A stretch of DNA of 64,000 nt from a virus. The notes beneath the pieces are model-generated. The model searched no databases. It was given only the letters and a program-made list of their open reading frames with translations, and was not told the origin of the DNA. The DNA is taken from positions 1-64,000 of IMG/VR virus record IMGVR_UViG_3300012178_000001; one strand, given 5' to 3'. Below, piece by piece: positions 30,849-40,556 of this stretch (position 1 is the stretch's first letter; every line of letters starts with the position of its first letter). The position numbers and the translations under genes were made by a program.

Positions 30849-31259
30849 ATGATGAGTTTATATTTAGATTTGATAAAGATAAAGAATAAAAGTGAAGACA
30901 CTATTATAAATTTTTTAGATAGCTTGGAATACTGTGAAAATGGTTTTAATATAATAGAAATAATTAAAACTATGGAAAGTGACTTAGATGCTGAGGTAAT
31001 TGTTATTGAGGGCTTTAAGAGTAAGAATGTTTTTGATGGTAAGTATGATGAATTATACAATCAATTTAGAAGAATTAAGATAACTTTTGATGAATTTGAT
31101 ATTGATAGTATACCTAACATAGTTGAGAATAACAAGTATTACAATATGTATTGTGATGATATAACTATTGATAAAGATTATAGTTTAACTGTTTCATTCA
31201 AAGATGCTAGGAACATAGATAATTCGTCACAAGGAATAGTAATAGTTAATAATTTGTAA
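30849..31259 (+). CDS. Hypothetical protein
   Basis: AAAGGAAGG RBS; terminator 31258-31300. Confidence 0.65.
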   Translation: MMSLYLDLIKIKNKSEDTIINFLDSLEYCENGFNIIEIIKTMESDLDAEVIVIEGFKSKNVFDGKYDELYNQFRRIKITFDEFDIDSIPNIVENNKYYNMYCDDITIDKDYSLTVSFKDARNIDNSSQGIVIVNNL

Positions 31260-31377
31260 AGTTTATCCTATCATAAATGAGTGATAGGATAAACTTTTTT
31301 ATTTTAAATTAAACATTTAATTAGACGATTTTAGTATAGCATATTAATATAAAATATAAAAGAGAGGGTGGAAATTA

Positions 31378-33108
31378 ATGACAGAAATTAATGAAACTAA
31401 AGATTATCTTGCTTCAAATGTAGTATCGGAGGAAAGAACTAAAAAGGAAATAAGAGATACAATTCACACTATAAGTGAAATTTTATCTAAGACACTTGGA
31501 CCTTATGGCTCTACTACAATCTTGCAAGATAAAACATTAAGACATACGCAAAGTAAAGATGGATTTACAGTATTTAAGAAGATATACTTCAGGGATGAAA
31601 TACCTAGAACTACATTAGATATAATAAAACAAATAAGTGAGAAATTAGTTAGAAGTGTTGGGGATGGTTCTACATCATCAGTAATTATTGCAGATAAATT
31701 GTTCTCTAACTTAGATAACCTTATGAATGAATTTAATGTTGCTCCCAAAGATATAACACATGGGTTAAATAAGTTAGCTGTAAAATTAGAAGAAATGATT
31801 AAAGATGTAGCAATTAAAGATGAAGATAATCTAGAAGCAATGTTAACAAAGGTTGCAACTATTTCAACTAATAATGATGATGAATTAGGGGAAATGATTT
31901 CTAAGGCATTCTTGGAAATAGGTAAGTTTGGTTTTGCTAATATAGAACATTCGCCTACAAATGAGAGTTATTACGAAGTAGACACTGGCATGGAAGTTAA
32001 AAGAGGATATATACTACCTGAGTTCATAAATAAGGGAAATGAAACATGTGAATATGAAGACTCATTGGTATTTATAAGTAATGATGTTCTTGATGATGAT
32101 GACATGGAAATGGTAGGAGAAATACTAGGTTGGGCAATAAGTGAAGGTAAAGCAATAACCATCATAGCACCTGACTATTCTTCTTCAATGAAAGCATTTT
32201 TTCAACAAAATAAAAGGAATAATGAGGAATACTTGAAGTTGTTAGTTATAGATATGGCAAATAAAAGCAGACGTGCTAAGAATAAATTCCAAGACTTTGC
32301 ACTCCTAACTGGCTCAGACATATATGATAAAATGAATGAACAATCATTGAAAGAGTTCATTGGTTTTAATGGTAAAACTATATCTACAGAGAACTTTGGT
32401 TCGGTAGATAAAGTAGTATCAAGTGAGAACTCAACTAAATTTATTACTGAAGTTGATACTGAAGATGAATATATCAAGGAGAGAATAGAGTATCTTAAAG
32501 AGGATTTAGTTAAACTTGAAACTGATTATGGTCACATAGATAGAGATGTTCAAATATATGAGTGTAAACAGAGAATTGCAAACCTTGAAGGCAAAATGGC
32601 TAAGATATTCATAGGTGGTAATTCAGAGAGTGAAAAGATTATCATAAAGGACTTGGTTGAAGATGCAGTGTATGCATGTAAATCAGCTATTGAATATGGA
32701 TACATTACAGGTGGTAATATTACAGTGCCTAGAATAATTAAATCACGTATGGAGGAGTTATCTGAATATCTTATTGGTGAGTTTAGCTATATGAATAATA
32801 GAAAGAATATTGATGTTGAGTCATTTGTAGTTATGTTAATACTTCATATTGATGATGCATTTAAGTATAGTTTTGATAAAGTATTAGATAATGCTAATTT
32901 CACTCAAGAAGAAAAAGATGAAGTCATTAAAAAATGCGTTGATACTGACTTATTTTATAACCTTAAGACTAATGAGTATGAGAGCATTCATGAGACAAAT
33001 GTTATTAATTCAGCACAGACTGATATTGAAATAGTTAAGTCTACATTCTCAATAATAGGGCACTTAGTTACAAGTAGTCAGATAATAACCTTGAATGTAA
33101 ATAACTAA
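31378..33108 (+). CDS. groEL: Phage GroEL-like chaperonin
   Basis: KTLGPYG, SKDGFTV, VGDGSTS, KIFIGGNSESE, VEDAVYACKSA, TGGN motifs; late promoter 31312-31323. Confidence 0.9.
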   Translation: MTEINETKDYLASNVVSEERTKKEIRDTIHTISEILSKTLGPYGSTTILQDKTLRHTQSKDGFTVFKKIYFRDEIPRTTLDIIKQISEKLVRSVGDGSTSSVIIADKLFSNLDNLMNEFNVAPKDITHGLNKLAVKLEEMIKDVAIKDEDNLEAMLTKVATISTNNDDELGEMISKAFLEIGKFGFANIEHSPTNESYYEVDTGMEVKRGYILPEFINKGNETCEYEDSLVFISNDVLDDDDMEMVGEILGWAISEGKAITIIAPDYSSSMKAFFQQNKRNNEEYLKLLVIDMANKSRRAKNKFQDFALLTGSDIYDKMNEQSLKEFIGFNGKTISTENFGSVDKVVSSENSTKFITEVDTEDEYIKERIEYLKEDLVKLETDYGHIDRDVQIYECKQRIANLEGKMAKIFIGGNSESEKIIIKDLVEDAVYACKSAIEYGYITGGNITVPRIIKSRMEELSEYLIGEFSYMNNRKNIDVESFVVMLILHIDDAFKYSFDKVLDNANFTQEEKDEVIKKCVDTDLFYNLKTNEYESIHETNVINSAQTDIEIVKSTFSIIGHLVTSSQIITLNVNN

Positions 33109-33113
33109 AGAAT

Positions 33114-33130
33114 TATATATTATAAATATG
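33114..33130 (+). promoter_or_regulatory. Early-type promoter TATATTAT-N5-TG
   Basis: TATATATTATAAATATG upstream of the sigma-like/primase operon. Confidence 0.55.
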
Positions 33131-33171
33131 ATAGAATGTTTTAAGTTATTATATTGAAGGAGTGATATTAT

Positions 33172-33477
33172 ATACTAATAGTTAGTGATATAATTGTTGT
33201 TGATGATGTGATTATAAAAGATGATGTAAAAGAATTTCTAGGCTTTAATTCTGATTCTATGAGTAAGGAATATAATAGACTAGAAAATAATAGGTTAGGA
33301 TATGAGACTAATTTTGATAGAATATTTTCAGAAAGTGATTCAGTTAAAGAGATAGTTGATAAATTAGTCAAAATTAGTATCAATTTCTAGAAAAGACTAC
33401 ATCTCATGCTCACTAAAGAATGTGGTCTTGGATGACACTACTATTATGTATACACTTGCGATTGAAATTGATGAATA
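33172..33477 (+). pseudogene. Small ORF with ATA start and internal TAG (33388-33390)
   Basis: AAGGAGTGA RBS precedes an in-frame ATA; the frame stays open for 28 codons after the TAG, ending just before the next RBS. Confidence 0.4.
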
Positions 33478-33503
33478 ATAATTGAAAGGATAGATGATTA
33501 ATT

Positions 33504-34193
33504 ATGCCAATTAAAAAAGTTAATTTACCATTCTTTGGTAAAGATGCTATGCTAACAATGAATCAACTATTACAAAATCCAACAGGTAAAAAGACTTCAC
33601 ATACAACTGCTAGATACAGAGTAATAGAGGATTTAGAAAACAGAATGACAAAAATGATAAAAGATAATGGTAAATTCAAATTCAATGTATTTGATGATGG
33701 AGACAAGTACGTATTTCTATTTAAGGTACCATCTGAAAGTTATAAAGGTTTATTCTATGATGTTGTACTAGAATTTAGACCTACTAATGATGACCAGAAG
33801 GATAGTAAAAATATAAAAAACTATGCTATGCGTATATTCTCAAATTCACCACATTTTACATTTACATTCACTTATGTTGTAAATGATAATGGACTGTTAG
33901 TTCCTTGGGTTAAACCGAAGTGTAATTCAAGAGCACTTAAGGATAAACCAAAGGTTACTAATCCTATATTGGAATACGGTTTCGAAAAGAGTGTATATTA
34001 TGCAACCTTATACATCAAGAAAAATAGACTTTTTAATAAAAGTACACTGGATAAAAACAGAATAAAGTTTAATAATAATGAAGTATTAGGAAAGATAAAG
34101 ACACAAAGTTCTAAGTTAAAAGAGTACAATAGTGCTAAGAAGAATAACAAGAAGAAAAAGAAACCAAAGCAGTCTGCTAAGAAAAGAAAATAA
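33504..34193 (+). CDS. Hypothetical basic protein
   Basis: 229 aa with Lys-rich C-terminus; FKVPSES...FYDVVLEF...FSNSPHF. Confidence 0.7.
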   Translation: MPIKKVNLPFFGKDAMLTMNQLLQNPTGKKTSHTTARYRVIEDLENRMTKMIKDNGKFKFNVFDDGDKYVFLFKVPSESYKGLFYDVVLEFRPTNDDQKDSKNIKNYAMRIFSNSPHFTFTFTYVVNDNGLLVPWVKPKCNSRALKDKPKVTNPILEYGFEKSVYYATLYIKKNRLFNKSTLDKNRIKFNNNEVLGKIKTQSSKLKEYNSAKKNNKKKKKPKQSAKKRK

Positions 34194-34220
34194 GAGGAAA
34201 ACTAATAGGATGGTGATAAA

Positions 34221-35702
34221 GTGCCTAATCAAAAAATATTTGAAGCTGATAAGACTAATAAACTAATTAGAATCAACTTCGATTTACTTGATAATGAGAT
34301 TGAAATACCAGAAGATTTTATAACATTTTCAATAAGAAAGAGACGTACTTATGTTGGTATTATAGACCAAATAGTTGATGCACTAAATGAAACATATGAT
34401 AGTGTTCAACATAAAATAATTATACCTATGATAAGTATAGCATCAAAGATACATGAAGAAGAAGATTATACAGAAACTGATTTTCTTCACGATTTAAATA
34501 CTTTGCTTATTAATGATGACTTAATTGAAGCTATTAGTAATCATGTAGAAGAAACATATGAAGTGGACTTAAATGATAATATAAAGAAGTCTAACAATCT
34601 TAACGAACAATTACTCTATAAAGACTCACATGCTAAGGTTATATTAAAGGCTTCTAGATTAATAAAGATTACTGCACCTGTATTTTGTGAGTTCATAGAA
34701 GTATACGATATTAAAAATGATAATGACTTCATATTTAATTTAGTTAAGACATACTTCGAACACTTTTCATCGGACATGAATATACCTAATAAATTATATA
34801 AATTAGCGTATTCAAGGGTTGCTAAGACACAATATAGTGATAAAATGTATTGGAGTTATATAGCAAGTAGGGCAATAGATATCAATACTACTAGTAAACG
34901 TTTTTACAAAAGATTAATGAGAAACATACTTATTAAATTAGAACAAAATAGAAGTATTGTATCATTTATACATGTGGTATTGAAGAACTATATGAAGTAT
35001 GAGTTGCTTACAAACTATGATATACACTATGACAGTAAGAATTTAAAGCAAACTGATAAAGATGGTCTTAGTGAATTTGATAAGCTGGAAGTGAAGTTGT
35101 TAAGACGTGATGAGGGTAAAGTAATAATAAACAGATTAACTGTTAACTCATCAATAATTGCTCTATGTAGACAATATGACTATGATATATCTGAACCTGA
35201 ATTTAGGTATTACCTTGATAATGTACGTGTTAACAAAGTCCAGAATAATCTAATGCAGATGTTTTATGCTGACAAGTTTGGTTGTTATAACACGTTATTC
35301 TCATCTAGTGGTAAAGAATATATAATGTTACTAATAATATTTAAGAAATGGTTAAAGGATAATAACTTTCCAATTCTTTCTAAGTTAGTTGTAGGACAAC
35401 CAGATATGAACTTTAAGCCAGATAGAATCAGTAAACGTAAGTTCATGGAGAAATTAATTGAAAGTGAAAAGTTTAAAGAACTTCATGAGAACCAATACAG
35501 ATTTATAACACAAAATCTACTAGATAGTAATGTAATTGTAAGTCTACTATCAACACTTACAAGTAATACATTTATAGAACTTCCTGATTATGAGAAACTA
35601 TCTCATTTGGAAAATTTAGATGATTTAGATTTTAATAATACTATAAATGAGAAGATAGGGAGTGTGGCACAAGAGTTGATTAATTTTATAGAAATAATTT
35701 AA
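34221..35702 (+). CDS. Candidate sigma-like promoter-specificity subunit of the non-virion RNAP (AR9 gp226 / phiKZ gp68-like)
   Basis: 493 aa, predominantly helical; near groEL as gp226 is near gp228 in AR9; early promoter. Inferred from size and synteny only. Confidence 0.45.
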   Translation: MPNQKIFEADKTNKLIRINFDLLDNEIEIPEDFITFSIRKRRTYVGIIDQIVDALNETYDSVQHKIIIPMISIASKIHEEEDYTETDFLHDLNTLLINDDLIEAISNHVEETYEVDLNDNIKKSNNLNEQLLYKDSHAKVILKASRLIKITAPVFCEFIEVYDIKNDNDFIFNLVKTYFEHFSSDMNIPNKLYKLAYSRVAKTQYSDKMYWSYIASRAIDINTTSKRFYKRLMRNILIKLEQNRSIVSFIHVVLKNYMKYELLTNYDIHYDSKNLKQTDKDGLSEFDKLEVKLLRRDEGKVIINRLTVNSSIIALCRQYDYDISEPEFRYYLDNVRVNKVQNNLMQMFYADKFGCYNTLFSSSGKEYIMLLIIFKKWLKDNNFPILSKLVVGQPDMNFKPDRISKRKFMEKLIESEKFKELHENQYRFITQNLLDSNVIVSLLSTLTSNTFIELPDYEKLSHLENLDDLDFNNTINEKIGSVAQELINFIEII

Positions 35703-35750
35703 GCTGATTCTAGCTTAAATTATTTTTACATTTTATATGGAGGTGAGACA

Positions 35751-36806
35751 ATTTCAGTAGATGCAATAAAACTAATGTTAAACGAAATAGAGACTAATAT
35801 TTATCCATACTATTATAACGTATCAAATACTGAAATAAGTATTAGATGTCCATATTGTGGAGATAGTATTAAGAGTGATAAGTCAGCACACTTATATATT
35901 GAAATAAACAATCCAAATGTATGTAGATTTTATTGTCAAAGATGTAGCATTTCAGGTATCGTTACTAATGATTTATTTAAAGACATAGGTATATTCAATA
36001 ATAAATTAAATGCACAGTTCCATAAAATGAATAAAGATAACAGATATAATGGAGCATCTATTAAAAAAGGTAACAGTAGTATTATATCAAAGAAGAAAGA
36101 TTTAATTATCCCAAAAGCACATGGTACTGATTATGAGGTTAATAAATTAAAGTACTTAATAGAGAGATTGGGAGTCAGTATAACTGAAAAGGAAGCAAGA
36201 GAAAAATTTAATGTCATATTGAATTTTGAAGAATTTGTACTTGAGAATGATATAAAAAGCTTTAATATTCCAGAAGAATATAAAGAAAAAACTGTTTATG
36301 ATTTTTATAGATATAGTATAGGTTTCTTATCGAACGACCAGACTAATATAATATTTAGGTCTATAAACACAGATAAAACATATTGGAGGTATTATAATTA
36401 TAATATATTTAATAATTATGATAATAGCATGAGAATGTACTCCATATCTAATAAAATTGACCTCCTAGCTGATGTTCTAAATGTTTATATAACAGAAGGA
36501 ATATTTGATATACTAGGTGTATACAACAATGTGTATAATAAAGAGAAAACAAATGACAATGATTTATTTATTGCAGTAAATGGTAAAGGGTATAACCTCA
36601 TTTTTTTACACTTAATGCGTTTAGGTTTTCTTAATCTAAATATTCATATATTTTCAGATTCAGATGTTAATAGAAGATTTTATGAGAATATGAAGAAGTA
36701 TAATGAAGTACTAAGTGATACCAAAATAAACTTGTACTACAATAAACTAAGTAAAGACTTTGGTGTTCCAAAAGAGTATATTGAATTAAAGAGGAGTTTT
36801 ATATGA
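35751..36806 (+). CDS. DNA primase (Zn ribbon + TOPRIM)
   Basis: CPYCGD...H...CQRC; YITEGIFD; FSDSD; KDFG. GGAGGTGA RBS points to an in-frame ATT at 35751 (first ATG 35775). Confidence 0.85.
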   Translation: MSVDAIKLMLNEIETNIYPYYYNVSNTEISIRCPYCGDSIKSDKSAHLYIEINNPNVCRFYCQRCSISGIVTNDLFKDIGIFNNKLNAQFHKMNKDNRYNGASIKKGNSSIISKKKDLIIPKAHGTDYEVNKLKYLIERLGVSITEKEAREKFNVILNFEEFVLENDIKSFNIPEEYKEKTVYDFYRYSIGFLSNDQTNIIFRSINTDKTYWRYYNYNIFNNYDNSMRMYSISNKIDLLADVLNVYITEGIFDILGVYNNVYNKEKTNDNDLFIAVNGKGYNLIFLHLMRLGFLNLNIHIFSDSDVNRRFYENMKKYNEVLSDTKINLYYNKLSKDFGVPKEYIELKRSFI

Positions 36807-37234
36807 ATAATGAATTTTTTATTAGAGTACTTGTAATAGCAACAGTAGTAATTATAGATGTTTTCTTAATTAAAATGGTGTTTGTTAAACCAAAAGTTAA
36901 GAAAGTTAAATCACCACAGGTAGACTTTGATTCCGATATGGAATTTTTACTCTATCTTATAGCATTTAAGTGTTCGAATGCGGCTGATATAATAGTTAAG
37001 ACAAAGACAGAATTTGATGGAAGACTATTAGGTGATGATTATGTTGACCATATGACAACTGATTTATCAAATGAAATAATTGATTTTTTATCAGATGATT
37101 ACAAAGAGAGACTGGAGAAATATTTTAGACCTGATAATGGCTCATTGAAAACATATATAGTTGAAATGGTGTTTTTAGAAATTAGTAAAACAGCAATTAA
37201 ACAGAATAAGAAAATTATGAACTCAGGTGATTAA
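36803..37234 (+). CDS. Membrane-anchored hypothetical protein
   Basis: N-terminal TM segment; overlaps the primase stop. Confidence 0.7.
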   Translation: MNNEFFIRVLVIATVVIIDVFLIKMVFVKPKVKKVKSPQVDFDSDMEFLLYLIAFKCSNAADIIVKTKTEFDGRLLGDDYVDHMTTDLSNEIIDFLSDDYKERLEKYFRPDNGSLKTYIVEMVFLEISKTAIKQNKKIMNSGD

Positions 37235-37295
37235 TTGTATGTATTTCATAATCCTTATATAAACATAATATTAATATATAAAGTATTATTAAGTT

Positions 37296-38009
37296 ATGTT
37301 TAGAAAGGATGATTTTATGAAAATGCCTATTATGAATGATAGAAAAGGTCCAGAGTCTAAATCTAATGATATAAATACTATTGCAATCCATGAATTAACA
37401 CCAATTGAAATGGGTTTTACTGATTTTTCAGACACTAAAGCATATATCAGATTTATCAAAGATGTGGAAAGACTTATTAGAAAAAGTTCTGAATACAGAT
37501 CATATATAAAATTTTTAAAGACTGAATGTAATCTAAATCGTGGTACATTCTTATCACAAGCTAATGATAATGAAAAAAGTAAAGTTAGTATAGAATTTCA
37601 TCATTATCCATTTAGTTTATATGATTTGGTAGACATCGTTACATCAAGTTATTATGCAGTAGGTGTCAATAGAATAAGTCCTTATATGTTAGCAAATGAA
37701 GTAATGGAGCTACATTATAAGAATATGATTGGTCTTGTACCACTTACAAAAACAGTTCATGAATTAGCACATAGTGGTGAAATATTTATTAGTTTAGATA
37801 ACGTATATGGGAATGTAAATAAATTCTTAAGTGAATTCAAAGTTGGAATAGATTCAGATTATTTAGATAAGCTATCCGACTTAATAGATTTAACTGATAC
37901 ACTTAAAGATTACAAACCTGATATCTTAGATAAGCAGATGACATATATTGATATGGAAACTGTAAATAATTTGTTAGAAGTAGATTTAAAAGAAGAAAAT
38001 TTAGCTTAA
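37296..38009 (+). CDS. HNH-like fold protein (paralogue of 44764-45462)
   Basis: IEFHHYPFSLYD...GLVPLTKTVHELAH; late promoter 37262-37273. Confidence 0.55.
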   Translation: MFRKDDFMKMPIMNDRKGPESKSNDINTIAIHELTPIEMGFTDFSDTKAYIRFIKDVERLIRKSSEYRSYIKFLKTECNLNRGTFLSQANDNEKSKVSIEFHHYPFSLYDLVDIVTSSYYAVGVNRISPYMLANEVMELHYKNMIGLVPLTKTVHELAHSGEIFISLDNVYGNVNKFLSEFKVGIDSDYLDKLSDLIDLTDTLKDYKPDILDKQMTYIDMETVNNLLEVDLKEENLA

Positions 38010-38053
38010 AAATAGTTAATATCCTTTATGGGTATTAACTATCTAAATTTCAT

Positions 38054-38503
38054 TTGAGGGGGAGCAGATTAATGAATTATTGTAACGAATTAGAAGAATT
38101 ACTAGGTGTAAAGATGAATGAGAAATTCTACTTAAGATTTGACAACCATGAGATAGGACGAAGTTTAAGTATAAAGGATTATAACTACAGTATTGCAGTA
38201 AGAAATCCATACACACTTAAAGAAGATGGTCTATACAATTCAGAAGATTGTATAGATCATATTGCATTGTCATTATTACTATTTGGAAGACTGAAGTTAG
38301 ATCAATGCGACTTATCAGAGGTGATAAAAGATGGTGACATATACTTTTTTATTAACTATGCTAATACTGTAGAAAAACGAGTTTATCTTGAAAGAGAATC
38401 AGATAAAGTGTCTAATGCACATAGAGAAATGGGGAATATGTTTAGAACACGTGATACTGCATTTAACTATAAATTAGGGTTAATAGGAAAGGATGATAAA
38501 TAA
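38054..38503 (+). CDS. Hypothetical protein
   Basis: GAGGGGG RBS (likely ATG 38072); C-terminal GNMFRT motif. Confidence 0.65.
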   Translation: MRGSRLMNYCNELEELLGVKMNEKFYLRFDNHEIGRSLSIKDYNYSIAVRNPYTLKEDGLYNSEDCIDHIALSLLLFGRLKLDQCDLSEVIKDGDIYFFINYANTVEKRVYLERESDKVSNAHREMGNMFRTRDTAFNYKLGLIGKDDK

Positions 38504-39375
38504 TGATTATACAAAGTGTCTCAATAGTAGTTCCAGCAACAAACTGTATAAATAAATGTAAATTTTGTGTAGCACGAACAAACCACGATAATTCAGTTGA
38601 TAACTTTATAACATATAATAATATGTATTTTAGTCTATATTATAAACAGTATAAAGATAGACTAGAATATAGCAGGGATAACGGATGTAATTCAATTATA
38701 TTAACTGGTGATTGTGAGCCACAACAGAATAAACAATTCTTAATGCTATTTGGTATAATGAATGATAGTTTATCTAAACCATATAGACATATTGAAATGC
38801 AAACTACAGGTACATTAATTGATGATGACTACTTATTCTTCCTAAGACACACTGTAGGTGTTACTACTATGAGCTTAAGCATATCTAGTTTAGATAGAGA
38901 TAAAAATAATGAAATAATTGCACCTGCTAAGACAATCAATGCTGAGTACTTATCTAGCAGAATTAAGAAATATCAATTTGTACTAAGGGTATCTATAAAC
39001 TTATCGAAACATACATTCGATACTGATAATTATGAAGAAATATTCAACAATATTAAAGAGAAATATAATGCTGACCAGGTAACTTTTAGAGTGCTTTATG
39101 ATGGAGGTAGTGACATGCCACAGGATGTATGGGTACGTGAGAATAGGATATCTGATGAGTTCGTAGAGGGTTTAAATAAGTATATAAAGGACAATGGTGA
39201 GTTTTTAGGTAAGTTAGAATTTGGTGCAGATAAATATTCAATTCATGGAATGACAACTGTAGTGGATGATGACTGTATGTCTACTACTGGGAAAGAAGCT
39301 ATTAAGTTTGCTATAATCTATCCTAACTGTAGAATGTATTCCAGGTGGGGAGACTTTGGTAGTCTAATACTTTAA
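38503..39375 (+). CDS. Radical SAM protein
   Basis: CINKCKFC (CxxxCxxC), ILTGDCEP, MQTTG. Confidence 0.85.
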   Translation: MIIQSVSIVVPATNCINKCKFCVARTNHDNSVDNFITYNNMYFSLYYKQYKDRLEYSRDNGCNSIILTGDCEPQQNKQFLMLFGIMNDSLSKPYRHIEMQTTGTLIDDDYLFFLRHTVGVTTMSLSISSLDRDKNNEIIAPAKTINAEYLSSRIKKYQFVLRVSINLSKHTFDTDNYEEIFNNIKEKYNADQVTFRVLYDGGSDMPQDVWVRENRISDEFVEGLNKYIKDNGEFLGKLEFGADKYSIHGMTTVVDDDCMSTTGKEAIKFAIIYPNCRMYSRWGDFGSLIL

Positions 39376-39431
39376 ATAAATAAAAATAACAAGGTATTAA
39401 TGTAACTCCAATGAAAAAGTGAGGTGACTAT

Positions 39432-39773
39432 ATTAAGACTAAGCGTGAGATTAAAGAAAATTTAGAATTATCTCTATCATTTTATATAGGAGATAACTTT
39501 ATAATTCGTGATGATGATGGTATGTTAACAATCAAATTTATATATGGTTTCTTATTTAAACTAAGTCAATTAAAAGAAGCTATAGAAATCATAAATTTAG
39601 ATAATATCCACTTATCATATAATGGTGAGTATCTAATAGATATTATTAATGATGACCCAGAACGTGTAGATGAAATAGTAGTGTATGACCATAATCACAG
39701 ATTTGTGGTACACTATAAACCTAATGTGTATGATATATTTAAGGAGTGTGTAATTAATGGGTACAATGATTGA
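39432..39773 (+). CDS. Hypothetical protein, probable ATT start
   Basis: Late promoter 39388-39399, GAGGTGA RBS, then in-frame ATT 30 codons upstream of ATG 39522. Confidence 0.6.
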   Translation: MKTKREIKENLELSLSFYIGDNFIIRDDDGMLTIKFIYGFLFKLSQLKEAIEIINLDNIHLSYNGEYLIDIINDDPERVDEIVVYDHNHRFVVHYKPNVYDIFKECVINGYND

Positions 39774-40533
39774 GGTAGATATAACATTTAATTTGGAGTA
39801 TATTAATTTCTTAGAAGAATTGGGAATTCCATTTAGAGAAAAAAAGATAAACTATAAAATAAGAGACGGGAATAAGCACCGACTCACTTATAATGGTTGT
39901 TTACTAGAAAAAGACATGGTAGATAATCTAATAGACTCTAGTGAAAATGGGATACACAAAATTGAGAAAGTTAGAGATATTGATTCACCAGTATATAAAG
40001 TCTATTCAGATGGGGGCTCATTTAATAATGGTAAGAAAGATAGTAGCTTACCAACATTTGGAAGCTTTGCATACTATTGCGTTGATAATCATGATGAAGA
40101 ATTATTAAATGACTATCATGGATATGAAGGTGACACTAATAATATGGGTGAGTTAAAAGGTTGTCTATTTGGAGTAGAGAAACTGACTGAATATATCTAT
40201 GACAATAAGATGGGTGATAATGAACCTATTAATATTGTTTTAATTTCTGACAGTCAGTATGTAATTCAAGGTATTAATACGTACATTGAAGGTTGGATAA
40301 AACGAGGTTGGAAGAATAATGCAGGAAAACCAACTCCGAATAAAGGACTATGGAAGAATCTTTATGATAACTTCTTAACTAACGAAGAATATAATATTTA
40401 CACTAAATGGGTACGTGGTCACACTGAGAATGATGGAAATGATTACAAGTATAATGACTTATGTGATTATAATTGTAATTTAGTTATTAATGAATGGTTG
40501 GAAACAAAAGGTTTACCATTAAGAGATATTTAA
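39757..40533 (+). CDS. rnhA: Ribonuclease HI with N-terminal extension
   Basis: VYSDGGS, TNNMGEL, ISDSQYV, W..RGWK...N..LW, WVRGH, YNDLCD. Confidence 0.9.
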   Translation: MGTMIEVDITFNLEYINFLEELGIPFREKKINYKIRDGNKHRLTYNGCLLEKDMVDNLIDSSENGIHKIEKVRDIDSPVYKVYSDGGSFNNGKKDSSLPTFGSFAYYCVDNHDEELLNDYHGYEGDTNNMGELKGCLFGVEKLTEYIYDNKMGDNEPINIVLISDSQYVIQGINTYIEGWIKRGWKNNAGKPTPNKGLWKNLYDNFLTNEEYNIYTKWVRGHTENDGNDYKYNDLCDYNCNLVINEWLETKGLPLRDI

Positions 40534-40556
40534 TAAATTAGAGGAGATGATTTATA

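Noticed and set aside
30548-31060. 170-aa minus-strand ORF
   Set aside because: Overlaps three plus-strand ORFs that have better RBS or context support; low-complexity shadow composition
30849-31259. GroES co-chaperonin upstream of groEL
   Set aside because: No PLxDRV or mobile-loop motif, and it is separated from groEL by a terminator and a new promoter
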